Below, piece by piece: positions 35,644-46,773 of a DNA stretch of 64,000 bases (positions within the stretch are counted from its first letter, which is position 1; each line of letters opens with the position of its first letter). The notes under the pieces were generated by a model that worked only from the letters and a program-made list of their open reading frames with translations, was not told the DNA's origin and ran no database searches. The translations under genes were made by a program, and so were the position numbers. This DNA is from a virus (Duplodnaviria; Caudoviricetes). The DNA lies in the IMG/VR virus record IMGVR_UViG_3300025789_000018. One strand, given 5' to 3'.

Positions 35644-37032
35644 TTAAATGATGTTTGCGACAACGAAACGACGGTAGAAAACGTTCTGATTTTGAACGAG
35701 CGCACCAGTTGTAGTTGAAGCAGCACCGTTGATTGCACCAGCAGCGAATGGGTTAGCGACCATGCCGTAGCGTGTCTTGAACCCGATCTTTGGCTGGAAG
35801 GTATCCTGACCAACTGCACGAACCATCTGTAGTGGAACGTATGGGCAGTAGAACACACCAGCATCAAATGCTGATGAACCCTTGTAACCGACAACGGCGT
35901 AGTTACCACCAGCATATGGATCGATATAGACGCGAATGCGACCATTTAGGACACCAGCAAAGGTGTTGCCTGTATCGTCAACCTGGAGGTTGTTGCTGTT
36001 TAGAGCAGGAGCGTAGTCAAGAACACCGGCCATCTGTAGAGCAGAAGCAACGTCTGATGAACAGATTAGGATGTTACCTTTACCACGACGAGTTGCCTTG
36101 GCAATAGCGTTAGCTTCACGTTCGATCTGGAACATTAGGCCCTTGAACTTTTCAACTGACCAACGGCCGTTTGAGTCAACGTCAAGGTCGAATACGCCTG
36201 GGTTAGTAGTATCAACAGCACCTGGGGCTGAAGTTAGAACAACTGTACGAACGACTTCACGGTTGATTTCAGCAAGGATTTCAGCAGAAAGAATGGTTGA
36301 AAGTTCTGTTTCTGCATCTAGACCATGGATTGCTTTTAGATCCTGGGCTAGTTCGATTGAATATTCAGCCTTTAGAGCGCGTGAGTTTGCAGTAACAGTA
36401 ACCTTATCGATTGAGAAGGCCATCTGAGCAAAATCGTTGCCTAGTGTGGTTGAACCTAGCTGTTCAGCATATGAGGTCTGCATACCACCTTCAAAGTTGT
36501 AGGTCTGTGAGTTACCTGAAACAATGACAGTGTTTGAAACGCCATAGACGCCACCAAGATCGCTTGAAGCACCACCGACAACCTGTGTGTTACCAACAGT
36601 TGTATTAGCAGTGATAGAAGCGTTTGAGCCGTAGTATGATGACTGGGCAGTGTTTGGTTCGTAGTAGAACGCATCGTTGCCAGCCTGGTTTGAATACTGT
36701 GGACGTAGAGCGAAGATTAGCCCAGTTGGACCAGTCATTGGCTGAACACCGCAGATGTCATAAGCGATTAGGTTAGGCATCGCACGACGAACTAGTGAGA
36801 TAAGCACTGGATCGTAGTTTAGTGAACCACCTGAAACGTTAGTTGGGGCTGAGTCTGAAGTTTCTAGAAGTGACTGCATTGAGCCTTGGGCACCAGCTTC
36901 GCGTAGAGCGGTTTCGGTGTTTTCAAGTAGCTGTGCAACAACCGAACGCTTGTGTGCATCTTGGATCTTTGGAAGATCAGGATGTTCAAGCACTGGGCCC
37001 CACTTTGATTGGATCTGTTCGTTGAGTAACAT
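35644..37032 (-). CDS. gp23: major capsid protein
   Basis: DPVLISLVRRAMPNLIAYDICGVQPMTGPTGLIFA, YCPYVPLQ, FQPKIGFKTRYG. Confidence 0.98.
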   Translation of the reverse strand: MLLNEQIQSKWGPVLEHPDLPKIQDAHKRSVVAQLLENTETALREAGAQGSMQSLLETSDSAPTNVSGGSLNYDPVLISLVRRAMPNLIAYDICGVQPMTGPTGLIFALRPQYSNQAGNDAFYYEPNTAQSSYYGSNASITANTTVGNTQVVGGASSDLGGVYGVSNTVIVSGNSQTYNFEGGMQTSYAEQLGSTTLGNDFAQMAFSIDKVTVTANSRALKAEYSIELAQDLKAIHGLDAETELSTILSAEILAEINREVVRTVVLTSAPGAVDTTNPGVFDLDVDSNGRWSVEKFKGLMFQIEREANAIAKATRRGKGNILICSSDVASALQMAGVLDYAPALNSNNLQVDDTGNTFAGVLNGRIRVYIDPYAGGNYAVVGYKGSSAFDAGVFYCPYVPLQMVRAVGQDTFQPKIGFKTRYGMVANPFAAGAINGAASTTTGALVQNQNVFYRRFVVANII

Positions 37033-37079
37033 TGTGTTCTCCCTTTTTCTTTCTATTTGGGTTACAGTTATTTATATTT

Positions 37080-38375
37080 TTACTTTTTTGCAGATTGCGA
37101 AATTGCTCTCATGTATACTGACATTGGTCCAGATACGTCTGAATGATCATCGTCATCAGTTTCATAGTCTGTTGCTTCGGTCAAAGCGACTGTTTTCTTT
37201 CCACCTTCAGTTGGGAAGTAGGTCTCTTTGATTACACCAAGCTTCTTAGTGAACTCAGTCACGTCTGAATATTCGATGCCTTCAACAAGTGAACGAAGCT
37301 TTTCTTGTTGTGTTAGAGGAAGTGTATCAACTGCTTCTGCGAATACTCTATCAACTTCTAGAGAATCGACATAATCCTTCAACTCAACATTTTCTTTAAC
37401 AACTGAGTTGACGCGGCTTTCAAGATCAATCACTTGCTGTGATAGTTCTTCGATAACATCAACTTTGTCTTCTGGAATATCAACATAGTTTTGTTCAAAT
37501 AGATCCTTAAGACCATGAATGAAGCCTTCAACGACTTCAGCCTTTAGACCTGATTCAATAGCAATCTCATTATCTGCAACCCATTGTTCGACGGCATATG
37601 AGAGATACTTGTCAACGTTCTCTGATAGTTGTTCAATCTTGTCTGCTAGGGCTTCAACTAGATTTGATTCAAACTCTTCTTCGATGCGGGCAACTTCAGC
37701 GTATAAACGCGCATTAACAGCAGCTTCAAAAATGGTACGTGCTTTTTCACGTACTTCTTCTGATAGTTCTTCACCACCAAACATGATGTCTAGGTCTTCA
37801 GCAGCGATAGTAGCGGCTGATGAACCCTTAGCTGATGTTGGTGAGAGATGCATTTGTGCGATAGTTTCGCCGTCTGACATATCGTCCTTGGCCATTGCAC
37901 CAGGATTACGGCGAGTAGCTTTGGCTTTTGATGCATCGTGCTTGAAGTTGTCGTCGGTTAGACCCTTGAAGATATCACCGATCTTCTGTGTTGGCATACC
38001 TGAAACGTGTGCCATAAGAGCATTGATAGCTTCTGCTTTAGTAGCAAACTGTGGCATTGCTTCTTGACCACCTGATAGCTTATCAGCATCACGACCTTTA
38101 TGACCATCCTTACCTAGTGGATCGGCTGTGTGGCTGATACCATCGGAAGCGGCGAACTCTTGTAGATTTTCTTCTTTCATTGAACATACCTTTGCGTAGT
38201 GGCGTTTTCCGTGAGCAACAGCAGCAGCGTGTGGATGACCTTCATTAGCATCTTCTACTTCATCATAGATATGCTGATGGGCTTCTTCTTTTGACATGCC
38301 AGATTTATGTGCATGTCGGGCTGCCTTCTCTGCGATATCGCGAAGATCCTTATCTTGAATGGTCTTTTCTTCCAT
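37080..38375 (-). CDS. gp22: prohead core scaffold protein
   Basis: ELSEEVREKARTIFEAAV, YLSYAVEQW, LKDLFEQNYVDIPEDK; extended N-terminus. Confidence 0.9.
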   Translation of the reverse strand: MEEKTIQDKDLRDIAEKAARHAHKSGMSKEEAHQHIYDEVEDANEGHPHAAAVAHGKRHYAKVCSMKEENLQEFAASDGISHTADPLGKDGHKGRDADKLSGGQEAMPQFATKAEAINALMAHVSGMPTQKIGDIFKGLTDDNFKHDASKAKATRRNPGAMAKDDMSDGETIAQMHLSPTSAKGSSAATIAAEDLDIMFGGEELSEEVREKARTIFEAAVNARLYAEVARIEEEFESNLVEALADKIEQLSENVDKYLSYAVEQWVADNEIAIESGLKAEVVEGFIHGLKDLFEQNYVDIPEDKVDVIEELSQQVIDLESRVNSVVKENVELKDYVDSLEVDRVFAEAVDTLPLTQQEKLRSLVEGIEYSDVTEFTKKLGVIKETYFPTEGGKKTVALTEATDYETDDDDHSDVSGPMSVYMRAISQSAKK

Positions 38376-38408
38376 GACTATTGCTTCCTTTTATTTACTA
38401 TATGCTAT

Positions 38409-39086
38409 TTATAAAAATGTTTTCGTCGCGAGAGAACTTAGATAGTTTTCGAAAAGACGCATTTGATTATTAGAAATCTCCGTCATCGACATCTTCTTTA
38501 GTTCTTTTTTGGTTTCTTCTAGTTTCTCTGCGGCTCTCCAAGAACCAGCAGCAACGTCATAAACCCATTCAACGTTTTCCATTACGCCACGAACGAATGC
38601 ATTGTGTGCGGAAGGATCAGCAACAATATCAGCAGCAGTGGCAAGCATAAAGTCATCTTGAACGCGCATGATGCCATCGACTGATTTTAGTGTTCCCATG
38701 CCACGCGATGAAACGCCTAAGTTTGCGCCTTCATCTAAAAGATTCTTTACAATCAATCCCATTGGTGTTTCTGTGATCTTTGCTTTACCAATGAAGTCTG
38801 ACCCTTCTTGGCGAAGCGACTTGATCATCATGCAAACACGATCTAGATTGATTGATGGACCAGCAGGATGACCTAGTTCACCGTATGCGCGATTTGTTTC
38901 AATAAGTTCTTTTGTGTAACGAGCGACTTCTTTAGCAAGAACTTTTGACTCATAGATACGACCGTTCTTGTTAGGGCGATCACCCATGAGAAAAACACCT
39001 TCAACATGATATTGCTTCTTGCCACCTTCAGTGGCTTCTTTTAGAACATCAAGTTTGCTGTCTAGCATTTCGCAAATGAGTTTCAT
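38409..39086 (-). CDS. gp21: prohead protease
   Basis: NKNGRIY, YGELGHP, LGVSSRGMG, DIVADPSA. Confidence 0.95.
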   Translation of the reverse strand: MKLICEMLDSKLDVLKEATEGGKKQYHVEGVFLMGDRPNKNGRIYESKVLAKEVARYTKELIETNRAYGELGHPAGPSINLDRVCMMIKSLRQEGSDFIGKAKITETPMGLIVKNLLDEGANLGVSSRGMGTLKSVDGIMRVQDDFMLATAADIVADPSAHNAFVRGVMENVEWVYDVAAGSWRAAEKLEETKKELKKMSMTEISNNQMRLFENYLSSLATKTFL

Positions 39087-39087
39087 C

Positions 39088-40224
39088 TTACTTTACTCCG
39101 TGTGCTTTGCGAATCTTAGCGAGTATTGCACCAGCAACCTTTTCGCCGCTCTCTTTTGAACCGTATTTCTTACCAGCTTTAGCAGCAATCATAGCAAAGC
39201 TTTTGCCTGGTTTGCCCAAGTCTTTGCCTGCGCGACCAGCTTTAGCTGATAGGACTTCTTCTTTAGCTAGTGCTTGCTCACCGTTGTTTTTGAAAGCAGT
39301 TGGCTTTGCTGTATCGGTGTTGTCTTTGTTTTCTGAACCGTCATCGTCTTCATCGTCACTATCTTCGTCCTTAGTGTCCGAGATATGCTTTGCGACTGAG
39401 TTGACAAAGTTCTTGGCTAGTTCTAGTTTTTCTAGAACCCAATCAGGAAGCTTTGCGTTGTCTTCAATGTTTTCGTATAGTTCGGCGGCTTGTGTGGCAA
39501 TCACTTCAAGATTGTCACGAGCGGCAGTTACAGTTTCGTCTGCACCTTCGTCGCTGTCATCGTCGCCAGCATCTGAATCTGTGTTCTTGTTGCTGCCGTC
39601 TTTGCCCATTCCTGGCTGATCTGATGAAGATGATTGACCTGACCAACCTGGGCTGTCTGAAGTTGCTGGAGCAGGAGCCATTGGCTCACCTAGTTCTGAT
39701 AGATACGCTTCACTGGTAACAACCTGTGGTGGAATCTTTACATGATGCTTCTTTTGTTGCGGTTCTGATGTATCATCACCAGCAACTTCTGAGGTTTCAT
39801 GCTCTGAACCATGCGTAGACATTGCACCTTTCTTTTGTGCATTGACTGGTTCTACCTTTACCTTACGTGCAGCCATAGCAACTACAGATTCGGCAACTTT
39901 CTTTTTGATTTTTTCTTTGTTTGTTTCGCCATGTCCGTTACGATATGCAGCTTCGTCTTGGCCAGTTTCATAGTCGGCGCGGCGAGTTGTATCATCTTTT
40001 ACGCTACCACCATCAAAAGTGTCTTCATTTTCTTTTGGAGACATATTTGGCTGATTGCATCTAAGTGTTGGATGTGCTGCACCAAACTTCTTAATGCCAG
40101 CTTTAGCTGCATCACCAAGAACGTAGTTGGCAATGTCTTCAGCAGGAGCCTTGACTAGTTTACGAGCCAAGTCCTTAGGCTGATTTGGAATCGCCATCTT
40201 TGATTTGTTGTCTTGGTCAGCCAT
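39088..40224 (-). CDS. acidic prohead core/internal protein (gp68 position)
   Basis: Position between gp67-like and gp21; acidic, low complexity. Confidence 0.6.
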   Translation of the reverse strand: MADQDNKSKMAIPNQPKDLARKLVKAPAEDIANYVLGDAAKAGIKKFGAAHPTLRCNQPNMSPKENEDTFDGGSVKDDTTRRADYETGQDEAAYRNGHGETNKEKIKKKVAESVVAMAARKVKVEPVNAQKKGAMSTHGSEHETSEVAGDDTSEPQQKKHHVKIPPQVVTSEAYLSELGEPMAPAPATSDSPGWSGQSSSSDQPGMGKDGSNKNTDSDAGDDDSDEGADETVTAARDNLEVIATQAAELYENIEDNAKLPDWVLEKLELAKNFVNSVAKHISDTKDEDSDDEDDDGSENKDNTDTAKPTAFKNNGEQALAKEEVLSAKAGRAGKDLGKPGKSFAMIAAKAGKKYGSKESGEKVAGAILAKIRKAHGVK

Positions 40225-40225
40225 A

Positions 40226-40387
40226 TTAGTCCTCTGTGTTAAAAAACTTCTTTGCTACTTCAATCTTCTTATCGTCTAGGATTTCTGCAACGCGATCCTT
40301 TAGAATAGAATCAACGGCTGCTTGAACTCCGACGATATTACCGTCAATAGCAAAGTTAACGATATCTGATGAATCATAGTCTGACAT
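40226..40387 (-). CDS. small prohead core protein (gp67-like, 53 aa)
   Basis: Not in track. MSDYDSSDIVNFAIDGNIVGVQAAVDSILKDRVAEILDDKKIEVAKKFF; lies immediately after the portal gene. Confidence 0.7.
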   Translation of the reverse strand: MSDYDSSDIVNFAIDGNIVGVQAAVDSILKDRVAEILDDKKIEVAKKFFNTED

Positions 40388-40430
40388 AATATTCTCCACT
40401 TTTTGATTATTCTTATTTATATTTATAGTA

Positions 40431-42032
40431 TTACTGACTTAGCTGAGGTTCTTCTGGCCCACTTTGTTGTTGTCCAGGAGGTCCAGCTGGTGCACCAGAT
40501 CCGTCATCAGGCATTTGTGGCTGAGGAAGTTGTGCTTGAAGTTCCATTTGTTGTTTCTGCAACTCAAAGTTCTTCTCTACATCTTCTTGCATTTCAATCT
40601 GCATCTGTGCAATATCATCATCTGATAGCTGTAGGATCTGCTTCTGTACCCACTCTTCTGAGTAATACTTACCAACATATGGATCAACTAGAGCAAGTGT
40701 ATTGATTCTGTTTGTAATGATTTCAGCTTGCTTCAACTCTGCGAAGTAGTTGTCAACCTGAAAGTCAAAGTGAATCTTATTGTGAATGTCTTTCCAGTCT
40801 ACGTCTGAAATAACACCAGTTAGAATAAGCTGCTTTTCAAGTGTCTTGTAGAATAGTTCTGCAAACTTGGTACGAAGGCGAAGAATGAACTTCTGAAACT
40901 TCAACTCATCGCGGCTGATTTCAGATGAACGCCCTAGATTGAATCCAGAGTCGCTGATCATGCGAGACACAGGAACGTTTAGCGACTGATAAAGTTTCTT
41001 TTCAAAATATTCAACGTCGGCTAGTTCGCCTAGGTTCTGACCTGAAGGCAATGTAGTAACCTGAGTACCACCACCATCAGCACGGCGAGGGAACCAGAAG
41101 TCTTCTAGCATCGTCATAAACTTACGATCATCACGAATGTTGCCTGTCGTGGCATCGTAGATCAAGCGGTTTTTGTGCTTGACCATGATGTCGCGAACAT
41201 ACTGCTCGGCTTTCATTTTTGGTAGATTGCCAACATCGATTGAGAAGATACGACGCTCTGGCGCACGAGAGATACGGTAGATGACCGTAGCGTCTTCTAG
41301 AATACGAAGCTGGTTAAGTGGCTTGATTGCTTTGTGTAGATAGCCAAGGACGATTTTATTATCTTTATCGACCACACCAGATGTGACGTGGACGATTGAG
41401 TCCTTGGCGATCTGTAGCCCCTGATTGTCCATACCGGTAGCAGAAGCGCCTTTGAAGCCGCGTTCATTATACATGTAGAACTCTGAGTCTGTTACGTTAG
41501 TGTAAATCTGACCTTTACGAACACGCTTGACTGGACGGATCTTTCTGATCTTACGTGGGTCAATATAGCGTAGTTCTTTGATGCCTGAACGAGGATCATT
41601 GATGTCGATCATCACGTGGTAGTATAGACGACCATCAACGTACCAACGCTTGAAGATTTCGTAGCCGTAGTTATTAAAATCAAATAACTCTGAAACTTTT
41701 TCCCATTCTTGAGAAATGCGTTCTTTGATATTGTCGGCATATTCTAGATCGTCTAGATTGATTTCGACAATCTTTTTATTGTCTTCTTTGACAATCGCTT
41801 CCGAAACGATATCATTAACCGCCAGTTCTACTTCTGGCTGAATAGACATTTCGCGATACTTGGCAACGATTTCGGCTTCAGTTCTAGCAGAACCTTCTAA
41901 GTCGAGATACGTACCGTAAGTACCACCAGCAGAAACAACTAGAGCCCCATCATCTGTCTCTCTAGGAGCAAATGATGGGATGTCTAGTTGTTCTTCTTCT
42001 CTCTTGAATTCCCAACCAAATAACTTTACCAT
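40431..42032 (-). CDS. gp20: portal protein
   Basis: WYVDGRLYYH, ELRYIDPRKI, YRISRAPERRIF, EDFWFPRR. Confidence 0.97.
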   Translation of the reverse strand: MVKLFGWEFKREEEQLDIPSFAPRETDDGALVVSAGGTYGTYLDLEGSARTEAEIVAKYREMSIQPEVELAVNDIVSEAIVKEDNKKIVEINLDDLEYADNIKERISQEWEKVSELFDFNNYGYEIFKRWYVDGRLYYHVMIDINDPRSGIKELRYIDPRKIRKIRPVKRVRKGQIYTNVTDSEFYMYNERGFKGASATGMDNQGLQIAKDSIVHVTSGVVDKDNKIVLGYLHKAIKPLNQLRILEDATVIYRISRAPERRIFSIDVGNLPKMKAEQYVRDIMVKHKNRLIYDATTGNIRDDRKFMTMLEDFWFPRRADGGGTQVTTLPSGQNLGELADVEYFEKKLYQSLNVPVSRMISDSGFNLGRSSEISRDELKFQKFILRLRTKFAELFYKTLEKQLILTGVISDVDWKDIHNKIHFDFQVDNYFAELKQAEIITNRINTLALVDPYVGKYYSEEWVQKQILQLSDDDIAQMQIEMQEDVEKNFELQKQQMELQAQLPQPQMPDDGSGAPAGPPGQQQSGPEEPQLSQ

Positions 42033-42074
42033 TACAATTCCTTAGTAGACGTTTTATAATCTACTTATATGTCA

Positions 42075-42629
42075 TTATTGTGTAGATAGTGTTGATGTTG
42101 TACCAGAAACATTGTAGTAATCATATTGGAATGTAACATTGAACTCTTCAATCTGATCAGTTGCATTCCAATCTAGACCAATAGCAGTGATATCTTGTGG
42201 ATAAATGCCATCGAATGTATAGGTACGAATTGTATTACCTTGACGGTCATACTGGTTTACAATAGCAGTAGATTTGTATGCTAATGTATCATTAAATCCA
42301 GCAGATCGAATGTTGGTCTGTAGAGAGTTGATCGCATTTGACCAATTCTCCAAGGCGTCACGAATTAGAAAGTCTTCATCGTTGACTACAGTTACTTGCC
42401 ATGGCTGAAACTGACGGTCGCCCGCTAGATTGATTTTACGACCAAAATAAGGAACTTGATAGTTTCCGAGTGAAACTTCTGGAATAGAAGATGCCTTTAC
42501 AAGGAAAGGCACCTTAATGTCGGCAACTGTAGTTGCTGGATTAGTAAACTGTACGCTGAATAGCGACTGTCTAGCGCCTCCATATGTAAGTTGCGATTTG
42601 AAGTTATTGATATCAAAACTCTGAGCCAT
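42075..42629 (-). CDS. gp19: tail tube protein
   Basis: GGARQSLF, GRKINLAGDRQF.PW, IEEFNVTFQYDY. Confidence 0.95.
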   Translation of the reverse strand: MAQSFDINNFKSQLTYGGARQSLFSVQFTNPATTVADIKVPFLVKASSIPEVSLGNYQVPYFGRKINLAGDRQFQPWQVTVVNDEDFLIRDALENWSNAINSLQTNIRSAGFNDTLAYKSTAIVNQYDRQGNTIRTYTFDGIYPQDITAIGLDWNATDQIEEFNVTFQYDYYNVSGTTSTLSTQ

Positions 42630-42653
42630 TGTTTATTCTCCTATTTCTTTCTA

Positions 42654-44960
42654 TTAAAACTGTCCAACGATTTCAGAGAAATCAACACCTGACCTTACGG
42701 CGACGAAGTTCAACTGGATATAGTTGATTGATCGTGCTGGTTTAATATAAATGTCGCCAACGAACTGATTTGCATTGATGACAGCAGGAGTATTGTTCGT
42801 AGAATCGCATACTACCTTAAAGTCTTGAATGCCTTGTAGCCCTTGAACTTGCTTCAAGAAAGGAGTGACAAGCGAAACAAACTGTGCTTGCGTGAATGAG
42901 TTGTTGAACTCAAATAGCAAGTTCTGTGCGGCTTGTGATATTGTCTTTTCAAGAATAATGAATAGACGACGGACGTTGATACGATCAAAGGCAGATGGAT
43001 TTGATAGTGTTTTATCACCATTCAAGATTGTGCCCTGACCTGGGAATGTCACAACTGGATTGACGCCTAGTGGATATAGAATATCGCGATCTGCTTTAGT
43101 TGGATTATAAGAAAGTTTAACGATATTCTTGATCTGGCCACGATTGAAACCAGCAGGTGACCACCATGGATCGCGAACATTATCGGTAAATACGCATAGA
43201 CCAGCGATGTCTCCATTTAGTGGAACATAACGATATACGTCATTGTACTTGTCGTACTGATATTTGTAGCCAGAATCCATGACACCATATGAAGATGCTG
43301 TTAAGCCAGCACGGAAGTTTTGAACAGAAGCAAGTTCATTACCTACGTTGTTGACAACTGATGAAGCATTTGGTGAAATGAACACAACGCAGTCCATACG
43401 TGGCTGAGCAATGTTCTGGATTAGATAGTTGCCAAGTAGCGTTCTATTTGTTTCGTCTGATTTCCCGGTCATTAGAAGAGAAATCGAAGCGCGTTCGGTT
43501 GACTTATAAAGATCATAAGCGGCAGTGATTGCACCGATGTTTGATCCAACATTGCTTTCTGAGAAGCCATCTTGACCGCCAGCAAAAGCGATAGTTGTAG
43601 GAACAACATCAGTTAGTGTTGTCATATTGGCTGAAGTATTGGCATATGAAGCAGTTGGCAGGTTTGTTACCCAAACATAGTTTGAGTTTTGATTTAAAAC
43701 ATTTAGATAGTAGCTAGTTGCGCCGTCAACGGTTTTCGCATCAGTTGCGCGTGATAGCCCCTGAAATACTTCTAGGATTTGCCCTGGAACACCAGTAAAC
43801 TTGCCTAGTGTATCTGCGACAACAACGTGAATGCTATCGACAGCAGCACTATTGCCATAGTTCTGACCGTAGTAAGAAACCGCTGGTGCGCCAGTTACAG
43901 AACTGTAATACTGCCATAGACGACCAACATTGCCTGATGCAACATATGGAGTTGATAGTGTGTATGGAGTATAGAATGAAACGTTTAGGAACTCTTGTGC
44001 AGCCTTGAATGTTGCTGAACCGGTTGATCCTGTGAATGCGCTTGATAGAACAACTGATGTTGAACTTGGAACTGAAACAATAGTTGTGTTGTTAGCAAGA
44101 CCAGCAATAGAAGCACTTACAGAGAAACCAATGAGAGCATTTGACATTCCACTTAGGCCAGTAACAGTATTTGACGAAGCGGTAAAAGTTGCGCCAGCAT
44201 TGATGACTAATGAAGGAGCAGTGCCTTTTGATGCAACTTGTAGTGTCTGTGTACCAATTGATGAGTTGCCAGCAGTAATCCAATCGCCAACAGTCAATGC
44301 TTGATATGCGGCATATGATGCTAGGTTAGCAGCAACAGTAGCAGCATTGATGATTACTGAAGTATCGTTGAATGATAATACAGCAGTATTTGAGTTGAAA
44401 GCGAATGTGGTATTTGAGATATTCACCAAGTTTGATGAATATGCGTTAGCAGTATCAACCGTTGAGATTGTAAGGCTGCTACCGATTGCACCTGGATACT
44501 TTGCAGTATAGAGATATGTTGGATTTGAAGAAAACTGACCATTGTTTGCAGCAGTATTATATGCTGTCTGGTTTGTGATATTGAAGTTTGCGTTAACGTT
44601 CGAACCCCAATATGTATTACCAGCAACGTTAGCAACAATAGCGCCACTTGTATCAGCGATAGCACTAAATGTACCATAACCGTCAGTTGTAGTATCTGTT
44701 GTGTTAGCAGCGCGACTTACGTATAGTGAGTTACCATAAGCAAGGAAGTTTGCGGCTGTGAAAAATGTTTCGGCATTAAGATTGGTTGGTTTACCGAATC
44801 TTTTCCACAAAGTTACTTCAGAATTTACTAGAACTAACTGACCGATTGGTCCCCAGCGGAATACACCAGCAATAGCGCCAGTTGTAGTCGAAACGGTAGG
44901 TACTGTTGTGGTTGCATCGTATTCGGTTACGCTTACACCTGGACTGACTTGAATTGCCAT
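42654..44960 (-). CDS. gp18: tail sheath protein
   Basis: SPGVSVTEYD, WGP, WWSPAG.NRG, FDRINVRRLF, YIKPARSINYIQLNF. Confidence 0.97.
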   Translation of the reverse strand: MAIQVSPGVSVTEYDATTTVPTVSTTTGAIAGVFRWGPIGQLVLVNSEVTLWKRFGKPTNLNAETFFTAANFLAYGNSLYVSRAANTTDTTTDGYGTFSAIADTSGAIVANVAGNTYWGSNVNANFNITNQTAYNTAANNGQFSSNPTYLYTAKYPGAIGSSLTISTVDTANAYSSNLVNISNTTFAFNSNTAVLSFNDTSVIINAATVAANLASYAAYQALTVGDWITAGNSSIGTQTLQVASKGTAPSLVINAGATFTASSNTVTGLSGMSNALIGFSVSASIAGLANNTTIVSVPSSTSVVLSSAFTGSTGSATFKAAQEFLNVSFYTPYTLSTPYVASGNVGRLWQYYSSVTGAPAVSYYGQNYGNSAAVDSIHVVVADTLGKFTGVPGQILEVFQGLSRATDAKTVDGATSYYLNVLNQNSNYVWVTNLPTASYANTSANMTTLTDVVPTTIAFAGGQDGFSESNVGSNIGAITAAYDLYKSTERASISLLMTGKSDETNRTLLGNYLIQNIAQPRMDCVVFISPNASSVVNNVGNELASVQNFRAGLTASSYGVMDSGYKYQYDKYNDVYRYVPLNGDIAGLCVFTDNVRDPWWSPAGFNRGQIKNIVKLSYNPTKADRDILYPLGVNPVVTFPGQGTILNGDKTLSNPSAFDRINVRRLFIILEKTISQAAQNLLFEFNNSFTQAQFVSLVTPFLKQVQGLQGIQDFKVVCDSTNNTPAVINANQFVGDIYIKPARSINYIQLNFVAVRSGVDFSEIVGQF

Positions 44961-45036
44961 TGTTATCTCCCTTACACTTATCTTGGATTATGAATATGCT
45001 TCCTTTGATGTATTTATAAAAACACAATACTAGATG

Positions 45037-46182
45037 CTACATCATCAACCACTGTCGGAAGGATGACTCGAAATCATCACCCGAATTGGGATCTTCCCAT
45101 GCTTCATCAACATAACCAAATGGCACAAGATTTTCTTCAATAAGTCTCTGGTTGTTGGCCAAAACTTCAAGTCTTGCATCGTTGTTGCTTAGTTCTTTGA
45201 AATAGTCTTGATGTACTAACCAAGAGAACAGAACGCAACACATAACAAGGTCATCATGACTTCCTTCTTCGGCTTGATACTTTGCATTGTGTTCAACAAA
45301 GCGATACATTTCTTGAAGAAGATCATAGTCATTGATTATCAGTTTATCATTCTCAACCAAACTCTTAAAGTTGGCACAACCAATACGCTTGACTTGTGTT
45401 GTGGTACGAACACCCATAGCAAAACGAACACCGCCCATAGTGCCGCCGATCTTCTGGCCAGCGCGACCTTTAGTCTTTGTTGATAGTACGTTTTCATATT
45501 CTAGATCGTGCTGTAGAATGTCCACCACCTGTTGACCGACGTCATTGATTTCAACTAGAACATATGCATCATTGTAATGTCGCGACACGTTGTAGATGAT
45601 CGTAGGATAAACCAAAGATTCGATTTCATTATTACGATATTTTGCTACCACTCGATATGGTACGTCTGTGATGTCAAACACAATGAATGCAGAATAATCG
45701 ATACCAGAACCACGGGAGGTATCAACCACAGTTGCATATACACGAGACTCATCCACATCTTCGTACATATCAACATCATTATTTGTTAGAATAGGATCAA
45801 TGTAAGTAAGTTGTGCTAGTTTGTTACCATCAATCAGTGTATTAGATGAACCAAGGAACTCTGTATTGTGTGACACAACATCATTAGAGTAGTATGTTTC
45901 AGATTCTTCAACGCCTACTGGATCATAAACTATATATGGTCCTTCTGTAAGTAGCGTAATCTTAGATATTTTTTTCCCAGTTATTGTTTGTCCTATTGAC
46001 AAATCTTTTGCAAAAGAAAATCCACTATCTGTCAAAAAGACATGTTTAGGTGATACTCTAATAAACGTATCATCAAAATCAAAGCGAATCAAAGTATCTG
46101 TAGTTTTTGACACCACACCAGAAAAATCTTTATATCCTAAAGGAGTTTTTATTCTGTATCTTGTGTTTTCTTTATACTGCAC
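45037..46182 (-). CDS. gp17: terminase large subunit C-terminal part, preceded by a 106-aa C-intein
   Basis: Intein end VYDPVGV...DVVSHN|T, then TEFLGSSNTLI, VDTSRG, HDDLVM nuclease domain. Confidence 0.92.
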   Translation of the reverse strand: MQYKENTRYRIKTPLGYKDFSGVVSKTTDTLIRFDFDDTFIRVSPKHVFLTDSGFSFAKDLSIGQTITGKKISKITLLTEGPYIVYDPVGVEESETYYSNDVVSHNTEFLGSSNTLIDGNKLAQLTYIDPILTNNDVDMYEDVDESRVYATVVDTSRGSGIDYSAFIVFDITDVPYRVVAKYRNNEIESLVYPTIIYNVSRHYNDAYVLVEINDVGQQVVDILQHDLEYENVLSTKTKGRAGQKIGGTMGGVRFAMGVRTTTQVKRIGCANFKSLVENDKLIINDYDLLQEMYRFVEHNAKYQAEEGSHDDLVMCCVLFSWLVHQDYFKELSNNDARLEVLANNQRLIEENLVPFGYVDEAWEDPNSGDDFESSFRQWLMM

Positions 46183-46726
46183 TGAAACTTTTACCTGTTA
46201 CTAGTTTTCTAATACATGCAGATGTTACGCCATATTCTTCTGCATACTTTTTACTAAATGCTTGTTCATATGATAAAACTTTACCATTCTTTTGAACTTT
46301 ACCCACTCCATCAATATATGGTCTAGTGTTGTATAGTTCAAGTATAGCGTCAACATTTTCACCAAGTTTGCTGTGATAAACTTTACCTCTCTTTGCTTCA
46401 CTTGCTTTAGGTAAAGAATATCCACTGATGCCTTTATTCCAAGGTGTGGTTCCCTTTTTTACACCGCCAACACCAGGTCTTTTCTTACCTTTTTGTATAT
46501 CACTAATATATGTCGGAGACATACCCATTCGTTTTGCTATCATTACACAAGCGCCATAGTCACCCTGCGAATAGTGTATATCATAGTGTTCTTGTATACT
46601 CACGCAAGTAAGATTCATGATATCATTATTGGCATGGTTACCATCAACATGATGTATTTCATATGATCTACCTTCTGTATCTCTCGGAATAGGACCATAC
46701 TCTTTTTCATATATTTTTCTATGCAT
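46172..46726 (-). mobile_element. HNH homing endonuclease between the two gp17 halves
   Basis: YEIHHVDGNHANNDIMNLTCVSIQEHYDIH; own late promoter at 46748 and AGGAG SD. Confidence 0.9.
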
Positions 46727-46773
46727 AAAAATCTCCTAGTTCTATTGTATTTATAAAACCAAGAAACTCTATC

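Noticed and set aside
37519-40158. Long plus-strand ORFs opposite gp22, gp21 and the gp68-position gene, and similar shadow ORFs opposite other core genes
   Set aside because: These are antisense shadows of strongly codon-biased genes, with no SD or promoter support and no recognisable motifs.
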